Assembly: GCF_009914755.1 (NCBI RefSeq)
Contig: NC_060927.1
DNA length: 64,000 bases
From: the human T2T-CHM13v2.0 reference genome, Homo sapiens
Strand: one strand, 5' to 3'
Part shown: one piece after another, positions 1-14,924 of the stretch
Position numbering within the stretch: position 1 is the stretch's first letter
How the letters are laid out: every line of letters begins with the position of its first letter
Notes under the pieces: generated by a model
Told to the model about the DNA's origin: nothing
The model's input: the letters and a program-made list of their open reading frames with translations, nothing else
Database searches by the model: none
Program-made: the position numbers and the translations under genes

Positions 1-743
1 AAGTTAGTCCAAAAATAAGTTCGGCTCTTGTTGCTCTAGCCCTCACAAATCATTTATTAAAAGTGCTTCTCAAAGCTTAATCATGGTGAGAATAGTTAGC
101 CCCCTAAATTAGTGCATGTTTATGTTTATAGATTAATTGACATCCTTGTTTAGTATCAGATACAGACAAGATCTTAGATACTACTCTTATCCATAGTTAA
201 TAAAGAAATAATGTTCTATATTGATTACCTTGCCTGAAAGAATCAGTCTATTGCTTAGAATCATGTTGCAGCTTTGATGAAAACTATTTTTTCCTTTGAA
301 ACACCAATGTCAGATAGTGCCACATCCCTCCAATGGAGGAAAGGAAGACTCCTTATCCTTCTAAATCCTATCCTAAGCCTAAAATATTTGACTCACACTC
401 CAGGGGTCTCAAAATTTAAAACCTTTACAATAAAGTCATGCTTCCTGAGAAAGACAACAAATATCAGTGGAAAAAAAAAAAGAAAAAAAACACCTTGTAT
501 TGAGTCTAATTTACAATCCACTCACACTTGAACTGCCAGTGTCATTCAGTTAAGAACTAAACACGACCTTGAAGGGTGGCTGGTTCAGTGTTTTCAAATA
601 CTGTTTTTAATCCAGAGTTATTTTCTTTTCTTCCCATATGCCTTATTTTTCCCCAAATCAAAAGAGTTAAGGAATTTCCTACCTTAATAATGACTTAGTT
701 AAGAAGTATTAGAGTTAGAGGATAATTTTATTTTATTTTTTAC

Positions 744-1272
744 GATGACGTGCTGGTAAATGTTTAAAACCAATTCTCTGTAAAAAAGAAATGTGTGCAG
801 ATACATATATATGTAATTTTACTATAAATTTTCATGATATAAAATATGTGTAGCACACAATTTATAAGACACAGTAAAATATAAGAATATTTATTATAAA
901 TTCTGTGTAGCCAATGATTCTCCTGAAAAACATTCATTAATATTTGTCAAAGATTTTTTTTATATGTAGCCAACTTATGGTACAAACCAACCATGATTTG
1001 CCAAATGGAATTGTGTTCCAATCCAGTAACTCTTTTCTCAAAAAATTTATTATCATTTAATGTGATATATGACTAAACTAGTTCTCTCACTTTTGTACAA
1101 ATTATATCCAGTAAATTGAAACTTCTTTTATTTTCAGCACAAGACATGACATACGTTTAAGTTTAATCTTCATTATTTACATTTACTTATTACTTTCTTC
1201 AGTCTAGATAATCAACAAAACAATAAACCAAACCCTTATTATAGTATTTGCAGATTTCTATGGTACATGCTA
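744..1272 (-). mobile_element. MER63-like hAT-Blackjack DNA transposon fragment
   Basis: gtgctggtaaatgtttaaaaccaattctc at ~749 and atttgcagatttctatggtacatgctac at ~1246 resemble the recalled MER63 consensus in reverse orientation. Confidence 0.6.
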
Positions 1273-2837
1273 CAGTTTAAATGTGTCCTCTAAAGACCAT
1301 GTGTTAGAAATTTAAGCTAGACCTAAGCAGAAAGGAACAGGACAAAGAAATTAAATTTGGAGAAGGAATATTCACAGCCTTGTATGTGTATGAAATTTTT
1401 CTTTACCTTAATCTCTTATATTCCTATTCCCTTGCTCTACTCTTTAAGGATACTGTTCTCCCTCCACGTGATCAGATAAAAACTCTCCCAATTTTTTACT
1501 CAGGCTCCAGGACTGAGGCAGTTGAGATGAATGACTTTTAAACTCTAGCACTGCAGTGATACTCAGGAGTACTTCTAAAGAACTCGTTAACACATCAGGT
1601 TAATATCCCATTTGGCTGCTAAAGTATGCAGAAAATGCTCTTCTGTATTTACTGTGTAGACTCTCAAACCCTCATTAAGAGTGCACATATTCAAGATTGA
1701 ATTTTCACACTTGACTCTGGCCAAGCTTCTGAGTGATAAGCACTGATTTCTTTTATTTCCTTGACTTTATTTGGCTACAAGCATGTGGTTTCTCTGGAAC
1801 CTTCTTTGAACCCAAAATGCTTTCTCTGCTTGAATGTATTTATGGTCTTTGCCTTAATTTTCTGTATTTTAGTCTCTATGGGTCTTTCTAGTCTTCCTCC
1901 TTAGAATATAATCTCTTTGAGAGGACGAATGGTGTTTTATTCTTCTTCATATTCTCTGAAGACACAGTGTCTTGCAAGACTCACAGCTGATGTCTTGTAA
2001 GGTATCTTATACCATCTATGCAAGGCAAGGCCCAAGGTCTTTGTCTTCTATTTTAGAAATGCGCAAGACTGAAGAACACCAGACTCATTATCCCCAATTA
2101 TATCTAGGTAAAAATCAAATAGACATCAAGCAAATACACCTTATTCTTACTCAAAGGACTCTTCCCCTTAATAAATAGTCTTCTTTATTTGAAAAAAGAA
2201 AAAAATAAAGCTCAGTATCAGGAACCAGAAAACTCTAGCTGGTCAGTCCTGGGTGTCAAAAACAAAGTTAATAGAAAGTATAAATCACTTTTAGTCATAA
2301 ATTGAAGAGAGTAATTTTTTTTAAAACCTTACATGATAAATAGCATCGTCATTGAGTTCAGGAGTTATCTGAGAGATTTTACCTTTTCTCTTTCATCTTG
2401 TATTTTTAAAAACAGGGGGGTGGGGTGCTTTCTAAACACGCTTGTCTATTATATGAAGTGCTGAGGATACAAACACTAGTAAAATACTGACTCTATCTTT
2501 AAAGAGCCACAGTCAAATGGAAAAACAGACCTGTATCCTTGATTAGGAAAGAACCACCAATATTTCTGTGTCAATCCAGAAGAAAAGCTTCCAGAATTTA
2601 TTATCCATTTATTCTGTGCCAGACATGGCTAGCTAGGTTTCTGTATATGTTTGCTCACTTGCTACTATGCTTATTGTGCGCTGCACCGACTATGTTAGCT
2701 TACATGGCTGTGCGGCTTATACCTACTATACCTCCTCTATGTAATTTATACCTCAACAAACAATCCTAAGTGAGAAAATATTTGAAGGGCGGTCTAATGC
2801 TTTTTCAATCCTACTCTATCAGAAGTATGACATAATG

Positions 2838-3260
2838 AATTAGTCAGCTTTTGCTACTACAATAATCTTGCATACCAAATTTAGTGACTTACAAAAGTAT
2901 TTACTTTTCTCTCCAATGAGTCTGCAAGTTGGCTGGGCCATCTCTGTGTAAGGCTGAAGACTGGATTTTCAAGACTTCCTCAAACATATTCTTTCTGGAT
3001 TTTTCTAGTCTGAAGGGAAAATGGCTTCTTGGGGGATGCTATTTAAAATGACCATTCATTTACAGGAGCATAAGGATTAGCTCTAAGGCCTCTTGTGGTC
3101 ATAGCTTGCAACTGGCACAGTAACTTATCTGCCCTCATTCCACACCAAATTGATTCACATGATGAAGCCCAGATCAATGGGTAGGAAGCATATGCCCTTC
3201 ACTCACCCATGGCAAGACCACATGGCAGAAGAGACTGAAGAATGGAAAACAATTTACCAC
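2838..3260 (-). mobile_element. Old MLT1-family MaLR LTR
   Basis: ttagtcagcttttgct...ccaaatttagtgacttacaaaagtatttac...gagtctgcaagttggctggg is typical of reverse-oriented MLT1; heavily diverged. Confidence 0.55.
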
Positions 3261-3266
3261 ACGTGA

Positions 3267-3604
<338 letters not shown>

Positions 3605-4381
3605 TCATTTCATTTAGTTCTCCATAGAAGGATGTATTAGTACCTCCATTAAAAGTATGAGTAAACTAAAGTTCTGAGAAATTAAGATCCAAAGTCACAC
3701 AGCAAATGAGAGCAAAAATAAGAATTTAAACAAGGTGTAGTTTTGATTTTATGGAGCACTTACTATTTTCATGGCAGCAGTAACCTCTTTTATAGCACTC
3801 ATATTCCTAGATTAAAAAGAAAAGTTGAGATTTTGCAGGTGGTGGAGCTCTTTTTGCTGTAAAATGGATAAAGATCCAAAACAAATGAAGGTATTCACAG
3901 TCTATAGCATCAATCACTCCTCTGATCTTAGCCCTAAAAAAAGAAATGGATTTGGCCTTAAAGTGACTCTCCCTTCCATTGTTATATAAATTATCTATTG
4001 TGGCTGCAGTCAGTGGACTCCACATAGCATGTGCTGCTAATTAGCCATGTGTGGTAGCTTAAAATAAAATCTTTTATGAGACTTGCAAAGTCAATTTAAC
4101 TTTATCTTTCTAGCTAAAGAGGGAGAGTGCAGCAAGCAACAGTGATAGTATGTAATTTTAATTCAGTTCTTCACAAATAAAGATGAGAACCAATAGAAGG
4201 TGAATTTTGAAGCAGGTTTGATTTTTTATTAATGTTCTGTGAATATGGGCCCAAATCTATTATGACCAAGAGTTTATGTCAGATAACCAATGAACATGAG
4301 AGGGTCACACTGGGTCAAGGCAAACTTGACCCAAGCTACCTTCCCTCCATAGATGGGGCTTATGCCCAAGACTTTGACTTC

Positions 4382-5406
<1,025 letters not shown>

Positions 5407-5424
5407 CAAGACTTTAACTTCTAA

Positions 5425-5590
5425 GCAACATTCTCTCATGCACTGTTGTCCACATTTGCCAGCTATTTAAATCACATTGGAGAGCTGATTAAAATTACAG
5501 ATTGTCAAGATCACTTCCCTGGAGAATTTGATTCAGTAGATAGCATATGCTCTGGTAACCTCATGATCAAACTAGCATGAGGGTCAGTGC
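5425..5590. mobile_element. MER5-like hAT-Charlie fragment
   Basis: aaatcacattggagagctgattaaaattacagatt...gaatttgattcagtag resembles MER5A/B; diverged. Confidence 0.45.
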
Positions 5591-6199
5591 ATTAAAAAAA
5601 CTGAGTAGTTATGATTTGTTTTGAATGGCTGTTCCTCATAGCATTTAGAGCTGAAGGAAAAGCTGATACTTTAAGAATTTATCACACGTTATTCTTAACC
5701 ACCTTGTATTTTATATCTTCAAAAGTATAGTGTAGATGTATTTTGAATTATAATTATATAATCATAATTCTATTGGGGAAAATTATGGAATTGTCAAAAA
5801 TTTCAAGTTTTTTCTTCATAGACAATTGTTTAAACCTTCTCAGACTTCATTCTCTCTTTATTTTTCCATTTTTCTTTCTTTCTTTTTTTTTGTTGTTGTT
5901 GTATGCTTTTCCACTGTTTGACCCTTTGCCTCTTGGTCCAGATACTTCAACAGCACATGCTCAACTCCTCCAAATCACACAAATGCAAGTAATCAAATCT
6001 GATTAGTCTCTGTCCTGTCCACTGCATGTCTCCCTTGAGTAACAGTGCTGCCTTTCTCCGAATTGTCTCTCAATAAGTTGGGGCCATGAGCTTCATATAG
6101 TAGTTATTAACTCAAAACTAATAGAGAAACATGAAAGCCTGATGGGATGACAAATAGTTCCGTAACTCTTAAAGGAGTATTGGAAAATGCTGTAATTTT

Positions 6200-6493
6200 T
6201 GTAAGGTCCTCTGAGCTGGCCGCACCATGGTCAAGCCATCCTGACATTCTCGTGCCCTTGTGATAATGTACTTTGTGATATTCCCTGTCCTTGTGAATGT
6301 AGTTTGTAACATCCATCCCCTGCCTGCAAAAAATTGCTCCTAACTCCACCACCTATCCCAAACCTATAAGAACCAATGATAATCCCACCACCGTTTGCTG
6401 ACTCCTTTCTCAGACTCAGCCCACCTGCACCCAAGTAAATAAACAGCCTTGTTGCTCACACTGAGCCTGCTCAGGTTACAGATGCGCATAACA
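6200..6493 (+). mobile_element. Solo ERV1 LTR of the HERV-H/F-related group (MER48-like)
   Basis: TG...CA ends (tgtaaggtcc...cataaca); TATA-like cctataaga at ~6363; aataaa at ~6438; 3' part gactcagcccacctgcacccaagtaaataaacagccttgttgctcacac close to LTR7/MER48; 5-bp TSD atttt/attat. Confidence 0.8.
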
Positions 6494-9400
6494 ATTATGT
6501 CTCGATTATATCAAGATTAAATCTAAGGTAGAGCTCAGATCGGATCTATTTTTAAGCCAAATCTCTGCTTGTGGCTAGATGTGGACTGTATGTACGGTCC
6601 ACTGAATGCTGGTTTAAAATGAGATTGCATATCTTCCATTAGCTGCAATTGTATGGAGTGCTTGAATTTGGTTCATTTTCTAAAATGCTTATCAAAATGA
6701 TTCTTTCAGATATGCATCCAGCTACAAGTTGATCACACCTTAGTATGTGTCATCACGAGTACAGTCTGGTGAATGGCAAATTACCCTTAATAACAGGAAG
6801 ATGAAATCTGTTTCCTGTCTTGGCTGGTGACTGGCTGCCACTGTGGCCAAATCCCTTCAACTTCTTCCGCCTCAATTTTTAGCCTACAACCTAAATGAGC
6901 TGATGGAAAGCACGTTCTCTATAAAGCAGCTGTCTTCAAAATTCTAAGCATAATCACTTGTGATTGTTATCCAGGCAGTTTAGAAGCAACCGAAAAAGTC
7001 AGTTTTGTCCTTCCATTTTTAGCAGAAGTAACAAAAATTAGCAATAATATCCAAGAAGAAATATTCATGGTATATCTTTTCTCTATTTTCTTCTTTTTAC
7101 AATCCAAAAGATTTTTTGTTTCTTCCCTTTATAACACAAATTCATAGGGAATAGAACATTCTATAAAACTTTACATAAGCTTGGAAGAGACTGCTAAATC
7201 TGTGAACCCCCAAAAGGGGATAACTCCCAATGCCTATATATATATCAATGTGGTCATGGGTGCCACAAGTGGCTTCCACACTACCTGTAAGTTTGAGGTT
7301 TTTCCTAATGCTGAATGCAAATCTGCTATACTACAGGTTTCATTCACTGGAAGATGAATGAAATTTATTTATATATTTGTTTATTTAGTGCTCTTAGGAA
7401 ATGATTAGGAAATGTTTATTTAATGCTCTTAGGAAATAGAAAATGCTCATTACTTAGGAAAGTGCACACAATTATAGGACAAAATAAAATTTAAATGAGG
7501 CAAGTTAGGAAGTTGGAGAACATAAAAAGGAAAATAAAGTAAAACCAGAAACTAAATTATTGCATAAAAGACTTTCCCTGATCTTGTAAATTTACTAAGA
7601 ATGGGACATCAATTTGCCTCTGAGATTCTGGCAGCTACCCATTGGTCTGACTTTTGCTCCCTGAAGCTACACTTAATAAATCAAGTCTCCCTTCCACAAG
7701 CATGTCCCACAGATACACAAAAAGAAGTACTGAGTCCTTTAGGCTAAATCAAAATGAATAATTTTACCTATTGCCCAGAAAACATTATTAATTTACTTCA
7801 CCTTTGTAAGAAAATTCTAGTCAGCTCTATTGCCTCTATGCTTGAGACTCTAGGGCATTTGACTTCCTAACCTCATTCCACTTAACTTTTCGTTAAGTAG
7901 AGCACGTTTTCACATGGAAATTGAGCCATTTGTAGGAGAATAGTGGAACTGACAATAGCGAGGCCACAGTGGTAGCCAAGTCCACTTTTAAAACTTTCTT
8001 TCCTGACCTAAATAAAGTCAAGACCCATTTTTACATTCCCTTCCAGTGACCCACAATAGGCAGCATAGAGAGTCGTTACCTACCTGGGGGATTAAGTAGT
8101 TATTTGCCTTCCTGACTTGATAGAATTGCACTGAAACCCTGCAAAGTGAAAGGAAACTATCCTATTTTAATTGTTTTGGCAAAGGGGATTATCTGTGGGA
8201 ACTCCTTGGATATTAGAGTGATCTGGCTCTAATATCCGTCATCCTTACAATGTCAGCATTGTGGTTCAATACATTTGGCTGTTAGACGGGCTAAGACTTT
8301 TTCTCCTTCTATTCTGTGTATATTCTTGCCCAAATATGGCATTTGGTGAAGAAGACATCAGAAAAATCACAGAAATGTCTGAACTCCTATGCTCAAACCT
8401 CCAGCGAACGTCAAAACACATATCTGAGCAAGATAAACTGTAAAATCTGTTACTCTATGGTTAGCAGGATTAAATCTTGCCTTAGCCTTTAAATTGTGAA
8501 AAGTTTATCTTCAGGCCCATGCACAAGTCTACTTGCCTGCTGCCACAGCCAGCAAGAAACAACCAGTGTTTCTGTCTCCATGAACCCAGAACATATAAGT
8601 GAATCACACACCACTTTAAATATGTTAAATACCCCTCAAATCAAGTGGCAATTCCCATCAGCCAGCTGTGATCTGCATCTAATTCATCACCAACTTCTTC
8701 TCAGATACCATTCAATTAGGCATTCTAGAAAGATTCAAGATGAACCAAACACCGCAGAGATCAGAGCTAAATATGCTTCCCAAGGTTGTATCCTAAGTAA
8801 CTCGGGTTTGGAAGTCAAGAGAGACAAAAATATTGGCATAACTCCACTGTGAACTAATCACACCTTTTAAGCACCTTCATATTACCATCAGAGCTCTAGT
8901 ATCAAAGATTTTACAAAGGTATCTCCTGGAATTCATTTTCACCTCCAACCTCTCAGAAATGAGTGACCGAAAATTGTAAAACCATTTTTGTTATTCAGAG
9001 AGGTGATGGTGTCCTCAACGATTAAGGCAGCCTTTGGTTGTCTTGGCAACAAGATGCAAGGGAAAGCCCAGAATGTAAGCACTTCTCTTATATCCTGTTT
9101 TTGGCCCTGGTACACTGACTTTCTTCAGCATCTAGCTGCCAGAGCAAGTGGCAAGTTGCCATTTTTTTATATTGCCATATCAATATGATGTTTTGAGAGA
9201 GAGCTACCTTACTTTTGATCAAGAGATATCAGGCTTCTGATATTTACTCGTGATACTTTGAAAAATCCCTGTTAAGTGCAAAGACTGAAAAAGAATAAAA
9301 TAAAGCAATCAGAACTTCAGGAAGGTAAATAAATAAAATTATACAAGAAAAGCATGATCCAAATAAAAGGCAAGCTACAACAGAGCAGAATGAATTTGAG

Positions 9401-10749
9401 TGACTGGTAAAATATATACCAAAAACTTGAACTTGATACTAGGACTGGTATATTTTGTGAGTCACAAAGGTTATGACATTGAAACTGTAGAAAAGGATAT
9501 GTAATCATAATAAACTACTTGGCTATGTAGATAACAATGCTGACTTCTCATAATGATGTAAGCAATTTTACTTTTCAACTTTTAAGATTAGTGTATGGAC
9601 AAATCACAAAGGCCATCAAACTTGAACTTGCATATGTTATTTTAAGTTCCCAGGTAGAAGCAATAAAAATAGGTAAAGGAAATAGGTCCTCATCTTCCAG
9701 GGTGGGGAACAAAATATTCTATATAAAAATAAGAAATGAATATTTAAATTATGTGGCTAGAATTTGAAGTAAAGAAATAAACCTTATTGGTTATATATGC
9801 TTTCCTACTTAATGCAATACGCTGGAGAGTATATATAAGCAATAAGTTTCATATATATATGCAATAAGTAAGATAGCAGAATATTTGCATTTCATATAGT
9901 AGGAGGTAAATTTTAAAATAATTTCTAAAGTATATGTTTTGAATAGCAGTTATAGTGCATGGTTAACAGAGTTATGGAGGCAACCAGCAGATGAACTAAA
10001 TTAAAAAATTCTAAGAAACACTTCCTTCTGATAAGTGGTGCTAAAAATGCAGAAGGATAAGTAGGACTCTGTCACTTTTCTGCTATAAAATTTTCTGTAT
10101 TATTTTACTTCTTACAATATCCATGTAACAAGATGTTTTCAGTGCTATCTTTGCCTATTTACTCTCTACAGTCAACAGAAATCCAGATAGATAAGTAATT
10201 ATCATTGAAGTAGAAACTGAGGGAGGGCTCAAGAACCTCGTCCTGAGAGTCAAGGAAAGGTCTCTAACATTCAGATTAAGGACATGGTTGAGTTGTTTCA
10301 TTTAAAATGTTATAGCTTTCTGATTTTTAACAAACACCGAGACAATTTTAGATTAAAGTTAGAAGTGCCACCACATTTAGTATAAAACTTTTAAGGCCTA
10401 CAGATCAATTCATGCTTCTAACCATCCCACACAGCCTTTCTGCAATGAAAATGTGATCGCACTATGATAGAACCTTGACAAAGAAATGTGTTTAAGAACA
10501 TATAGTGATAATATCACAATTTTCTTACTTGCGCAACATACAGACTCCTAAAGCCTTAAATATCTTTATGTTTACTATTAACTTATCCAAATTGTAAATG
10601 AGGGAGATTGGAAAGAGCACAATTTATTTCACTCAAAATCAAGTGACTCCTTTTAAGGTCATGTGGCCAATAGAGAGTCCAGGCCTTAAGTAAAAATGAT
10701 TTGATTCAAATTCAGTATTTGGTTTGCTAATCTCAGACTCACAGCAACT

Positions 10750-11130
10750 ATAGTTACTCTTTATTGAACACTAATTATAAGCTAATTTTTATACATCTAT
10801 TAGCCCATTTTTTTCCTCATATTGTGCAATTATTATACTCATTTACCGATAAGAAAACTGGGAAATAAAGAAATGAATTTATACAAGTGGGCTTAGCTAG
10901 TATGTGAAAAATTTAGGATCTCAACACAGAAATCACTGGCATAACATAAGATCAGATTGGAAGAGACCTATAAAACTTCTCAGCCTAACTTATTTATTTT
11001 ATAATAGGAAAAAATCCTGGATCATAGAGGAAAATTAACTTGTCCAAAATTACACAGCTGGTTAGTGACAGAGCCAAGACTAGAACCCACGGATTCTGGC
11101 ATCCAATCTAATTCTCTTTCACCACAGAAG
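10750..11130 (-). mobile_element. Two adjacent MIR SINE fragments
   Basis: MIR core-like aacttgtccaaaattacacagctggttagtgacagagccaagactagaaccc. Confidence 0.7.
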
Positions 11131-12538
11131 GTCAGAAAATGTTAAACTTTGTGAAACTCTACAACCCATCTGGGTTTTTTTTTAAGTGCCAGAATTGTAA
11201 GTCTTCATAATAAGTTAACTTGGGATCTAGAGAAATTTAATATCATCACACTTTCACATTTGTCAGGGCCATGAGATTTAATGAAAACACAGCACCCAAT
11301 GATGCTACAATTTTTCATACTCAACAGTGCAACAAAAAATCCACTTAACCATCTTTGTAGGGACACCGCAAAGTCATCAAAAGAAGCATCTGTCATTCAG
11401 ATGCCTTCCATGTTGAAGAAATGTTTCTTAGAATTAACTAATGATTAGAACCAAAAGTAAAACTTGTAGATAGGGAAATTCATGTATAAGAAAATTAAAA
11501 CACAAAATCAAGAATTCAATCCAGATGTCTATCTGGTACACTCTTAATAAAAGTGCTTTAAGTTGGCTTAGGCAGTAAATAAAAAAAAAAAAAGAAACAA
11601 TTTACTGCTTCCTGCTCTGGCCTCCAAAGTTGTGAATACTGACTTTTAAATATTAGAATGTCTTATGAAGATTTCTCTTCAGCTCAGGAAAAAATTCTAT
11701 TTTAACTGTATCATCTATCAAATAAGATAATAATTATTAAAAGTAAGCATTGCAAACTGGTTGGCTCACCAGCTGAATTTGGGCCATGGAAAAGTATTTT
11801 TTGGAGGTCTGCACTCTCTAGTTCACCACTGCTCTCACCAAGACCATTCTTACATGCTTAGCACCTAGTCTCTACAAACATTTTAATTGGTGATTCCCCC
11901 TAAAGCAACACATAGCTCTCCTTCTTCAAGTTCTAAATTTAAAAGCCCTTAGAAAATGTAGTTACTATGTTAGACATTTTTCTACTTAGGAAAAATAGTC
12001 AAGGAGAGAAAATCTTAAGCCTTCAATACCCCTTTTAGGTGTGTTTTTCTTTCTGTCTTCATCACCCGTTTTTATGTCTCAAAATGTCCACATCCCAGGG
12101 TCCTTGATTTTGGCCTTCACATAATGTTTTTCTTGACTCTTAAATTCCATATAAAACTTATCAGAACACAGTCCTAATCCCTAAGCAAACTAAACCACCA
12201 ATTTCCAAAATTTACTACTCCAATTGATACATCAATAATCAAGATGATAATATATTGATGTATTCTTCATTCAGATAACTTAAAGTAGAATAGTGAAACT
12301 TCAGAAACACATACTTTTATCCCAAAGGACTTTCAAAATTTTAGAAACTATGGCAGTTCAAAAAAAGGAGGCATTTTTTCAGAAGCAGCAGGCCTACCCA
12401 TTGGCAAGCCCTGCTGACATGAAATGAAAAGAGAATGTTTCACAATAATCAGTTTCTGTTAATAATGAAAGACAAGATCAAACACTTCATTCATAGTGAA
12501 CAGAGCACAAACTCACCATAATTTCATTTAAATATTCC

Positions 12539-12836
12539 AGCCAGCTGTGGTGGCTCATGCCTGTAATCCCAGCATTTGGGAGGCCAAGGTGGGTGGATCA
12601 CTTGAGGCCAGGAGTTTGAGACCAGCCAGGCCAACATGGCGAAACTCCGTCCTACTAAAAATACAAAAAAGTATCCAGGGATGATGGCACATGCCTATAA
12701 TCCCAGCTACTTGCGAGGGTGAGGCATGAGAATTGCTTGAACTCAGGAGGCAGAGGTTACAGTGAGCTGGGATCATGCCACTGCACTCCAGCCTGGGTGA
12801 CAAAGCAAGACCCTGTCTCAAAAAAAAAAAAAAAAT
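12539..12836 (+). mobile_element. Alu (AluJ/AluSx-like)
   Basis: gtggctcatgcctgtaatcccagc...gaccctgtctc followed by an A tail; CpG-decayed. Confidence 0.95.
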
Positions 12837-13449
12837 CTGCAACAGCTACCAAATGACCTATTTCTAATCCATATCTGATGACAAGTTATTTTAATGTATT
12901 TGTGACAAATAAAAACTCCCTGTGATGGCACCAGCGTGCTTGGTGGGAGAGAAAGAGGAACATCATAGGCAAGCACCCAAACTTGAGAGACACAGTTCTT
13001 TCATGCCAACAAAGATGGAAAACAGTATTCTAGCTAGATCTTATTAGAAATGCCACGTGTTTCTTTGAATAAACTGTTGACCAGTGAAGTAAGTACTCAG
13101 TAGAAGAATCCACTCTTTACATCGTGCTTCAATCTTCTTACTTTTCATATATTTTGTAAATAACAAGGCATTTTGAAATCTCTATTATGTGTGTGGCTAC
13201 ATTGTATTAGATACTAAGGGGACGTCCTTTTTCTGGAGAAATGTAACAGTCACTTTGGAAGAACATGATTATATATGGAAACATTAATCTGTAAGTAAGT
13301 GCTTATTTAACACAGATAAATTTTGCTGAATTCAAAGAAGAGATAAATTAATGTGTCCTGAAACATTCACCTACACCAAAAGTTGAGAACAGGCAGGTCC
13401 CTGCATATATGAGAATGCTCAACAACCAAAAGCAGCTTTGAACTCATAA

Positions 13450-13755
13450 TTCATGACTTGCTTTTACCTATATAACTTCTTCAAGGTCAATCCAAGTGGT
13501 TTTGTGTAGGAATAGTTTCCTTTTATCACTGAATAGTTTTCCATGCTATGGGTGTACCACAGTGCCAGCATTTGATGTTATTATGTTTCATTGTGGCCAT
13601 TCTGATAGGTGTGTAACAGTATCTGATTGTGATTTTAATTTGCATTGTCTATTGGCTAATGATGTTGAACATCTTATGTGCTTATTTGTCATGTATTCTC
13701 TTTGGTAAAATGTTTGTGCATGTTTTATCCTGTTTTCAAATTGAATGTTTTTCTA
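13450..13755 (-). mobile_element. Old L1M fragment
   Basis: gccattctgataggtgtg...attttaatttgcatt...gctaatgatgttgaacatc is the reverse L1 ORF2-end/3' signature. Confidence 0.75.
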
Positions 13756-14924
13756 CATCTCACTCCCCCCTCCACCTCTGCCTCATCTTAAATTTCTTTA
13801 ATTATCACCCCAGGTGATTCTGATGTACAGTTATATTTAAAAATTAGAGCCTCAGGGACAGGAAGAAGAGAGGAAGAACCTGAGTGGACAGCCAAATGAC
13901 CTGCTCCAATCATCGAGAGGACACTGTCACTAAAGGATGAAGGAAAGGGAGATGAGAAAATGGGAAAGGATCTCAGGAAGAAAATGGAAAGGTCCGAGTT
14001 AAATGTGATTTACTTTGCAATGTTATTCAGCTAACTGTGCTGATACTGAAAGTCATCCTAAAAAGCATGTGCTCTTGGGGGACTTGGCAGAGTTAGGCTA
14101 TCATCTTCCCAAAGGTATGAACCTGAGACAAGTAGCCTTTCAAGGTTTTTTTCCCCATATCTGTGGTTATGATGGCTGTGGGAGAGTCAGGTGGAAGGTG
14201 TACTGAAGCCAGAGCTGCTAGCAAGAACAAGTAACTGCCAAAGTTGGTACATTTCACCTAACCTCATACCTCTTGGATCTTATTTTGTTCCTACAAGAGA
14301 TGCTTATGCCATCAGCTGAAAACTTCACTGACATACTCACTGTGAAATAATTGAAGAGAAAGGAAGGGACAAAACTCTGAGGTTTTGTACAAGTGTCACA
14401 GGAAACAAAGTGAAATGTTGGACTGCAGGAATCTGAGACCAAACTGCTGCTCTGGTCTTGAACAGCTGTTCACCTAGAGAGCTCACTGTGCAGTTGTTCC
14501 TGATGGCCAGCTTCATTTTTTTGAAGAAGTTTTATTAAGAAGAGTTTTATTAAGAAGTAAACTGGACAGATTACTAGACTGCTTTAGCAAAGGTTAAAAC
14601 AGCCAACATGGAGTCTCCTGGTGGTAATTTAAAGAGCTGATGACAGACTTTATCTAAGCATGCTAACCTTAAGAGTTTAGATTTTCTACTTCCATCATCA
14701 ACTTCCTTTTTATTTCTATTAGAGTCTGGGAAGGTTTTATCCCCACCACAACCTCAACCCCCAGCCAATGAGACCTACCTGGGCAGGCTTGGGAGGGTCT
14801 CAGCAACTCAAAAGCAGTCAAATATTTTGTTTTGCTTTTTTCTCAAATATCAGTCAGAAGAAAAAGTGACCTTTTAGGAGCAAAGTTTCATAAAGAATGT
14901 GTAGACTATGTCCCTTTTACCCAG

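Noticed and set aside
8496-8852. 118-aa ORF in unique DNA
   Set aside because: Non-ATG (gtg) start, no recognisable domain and no supporting gene structure; length compatible with chance.
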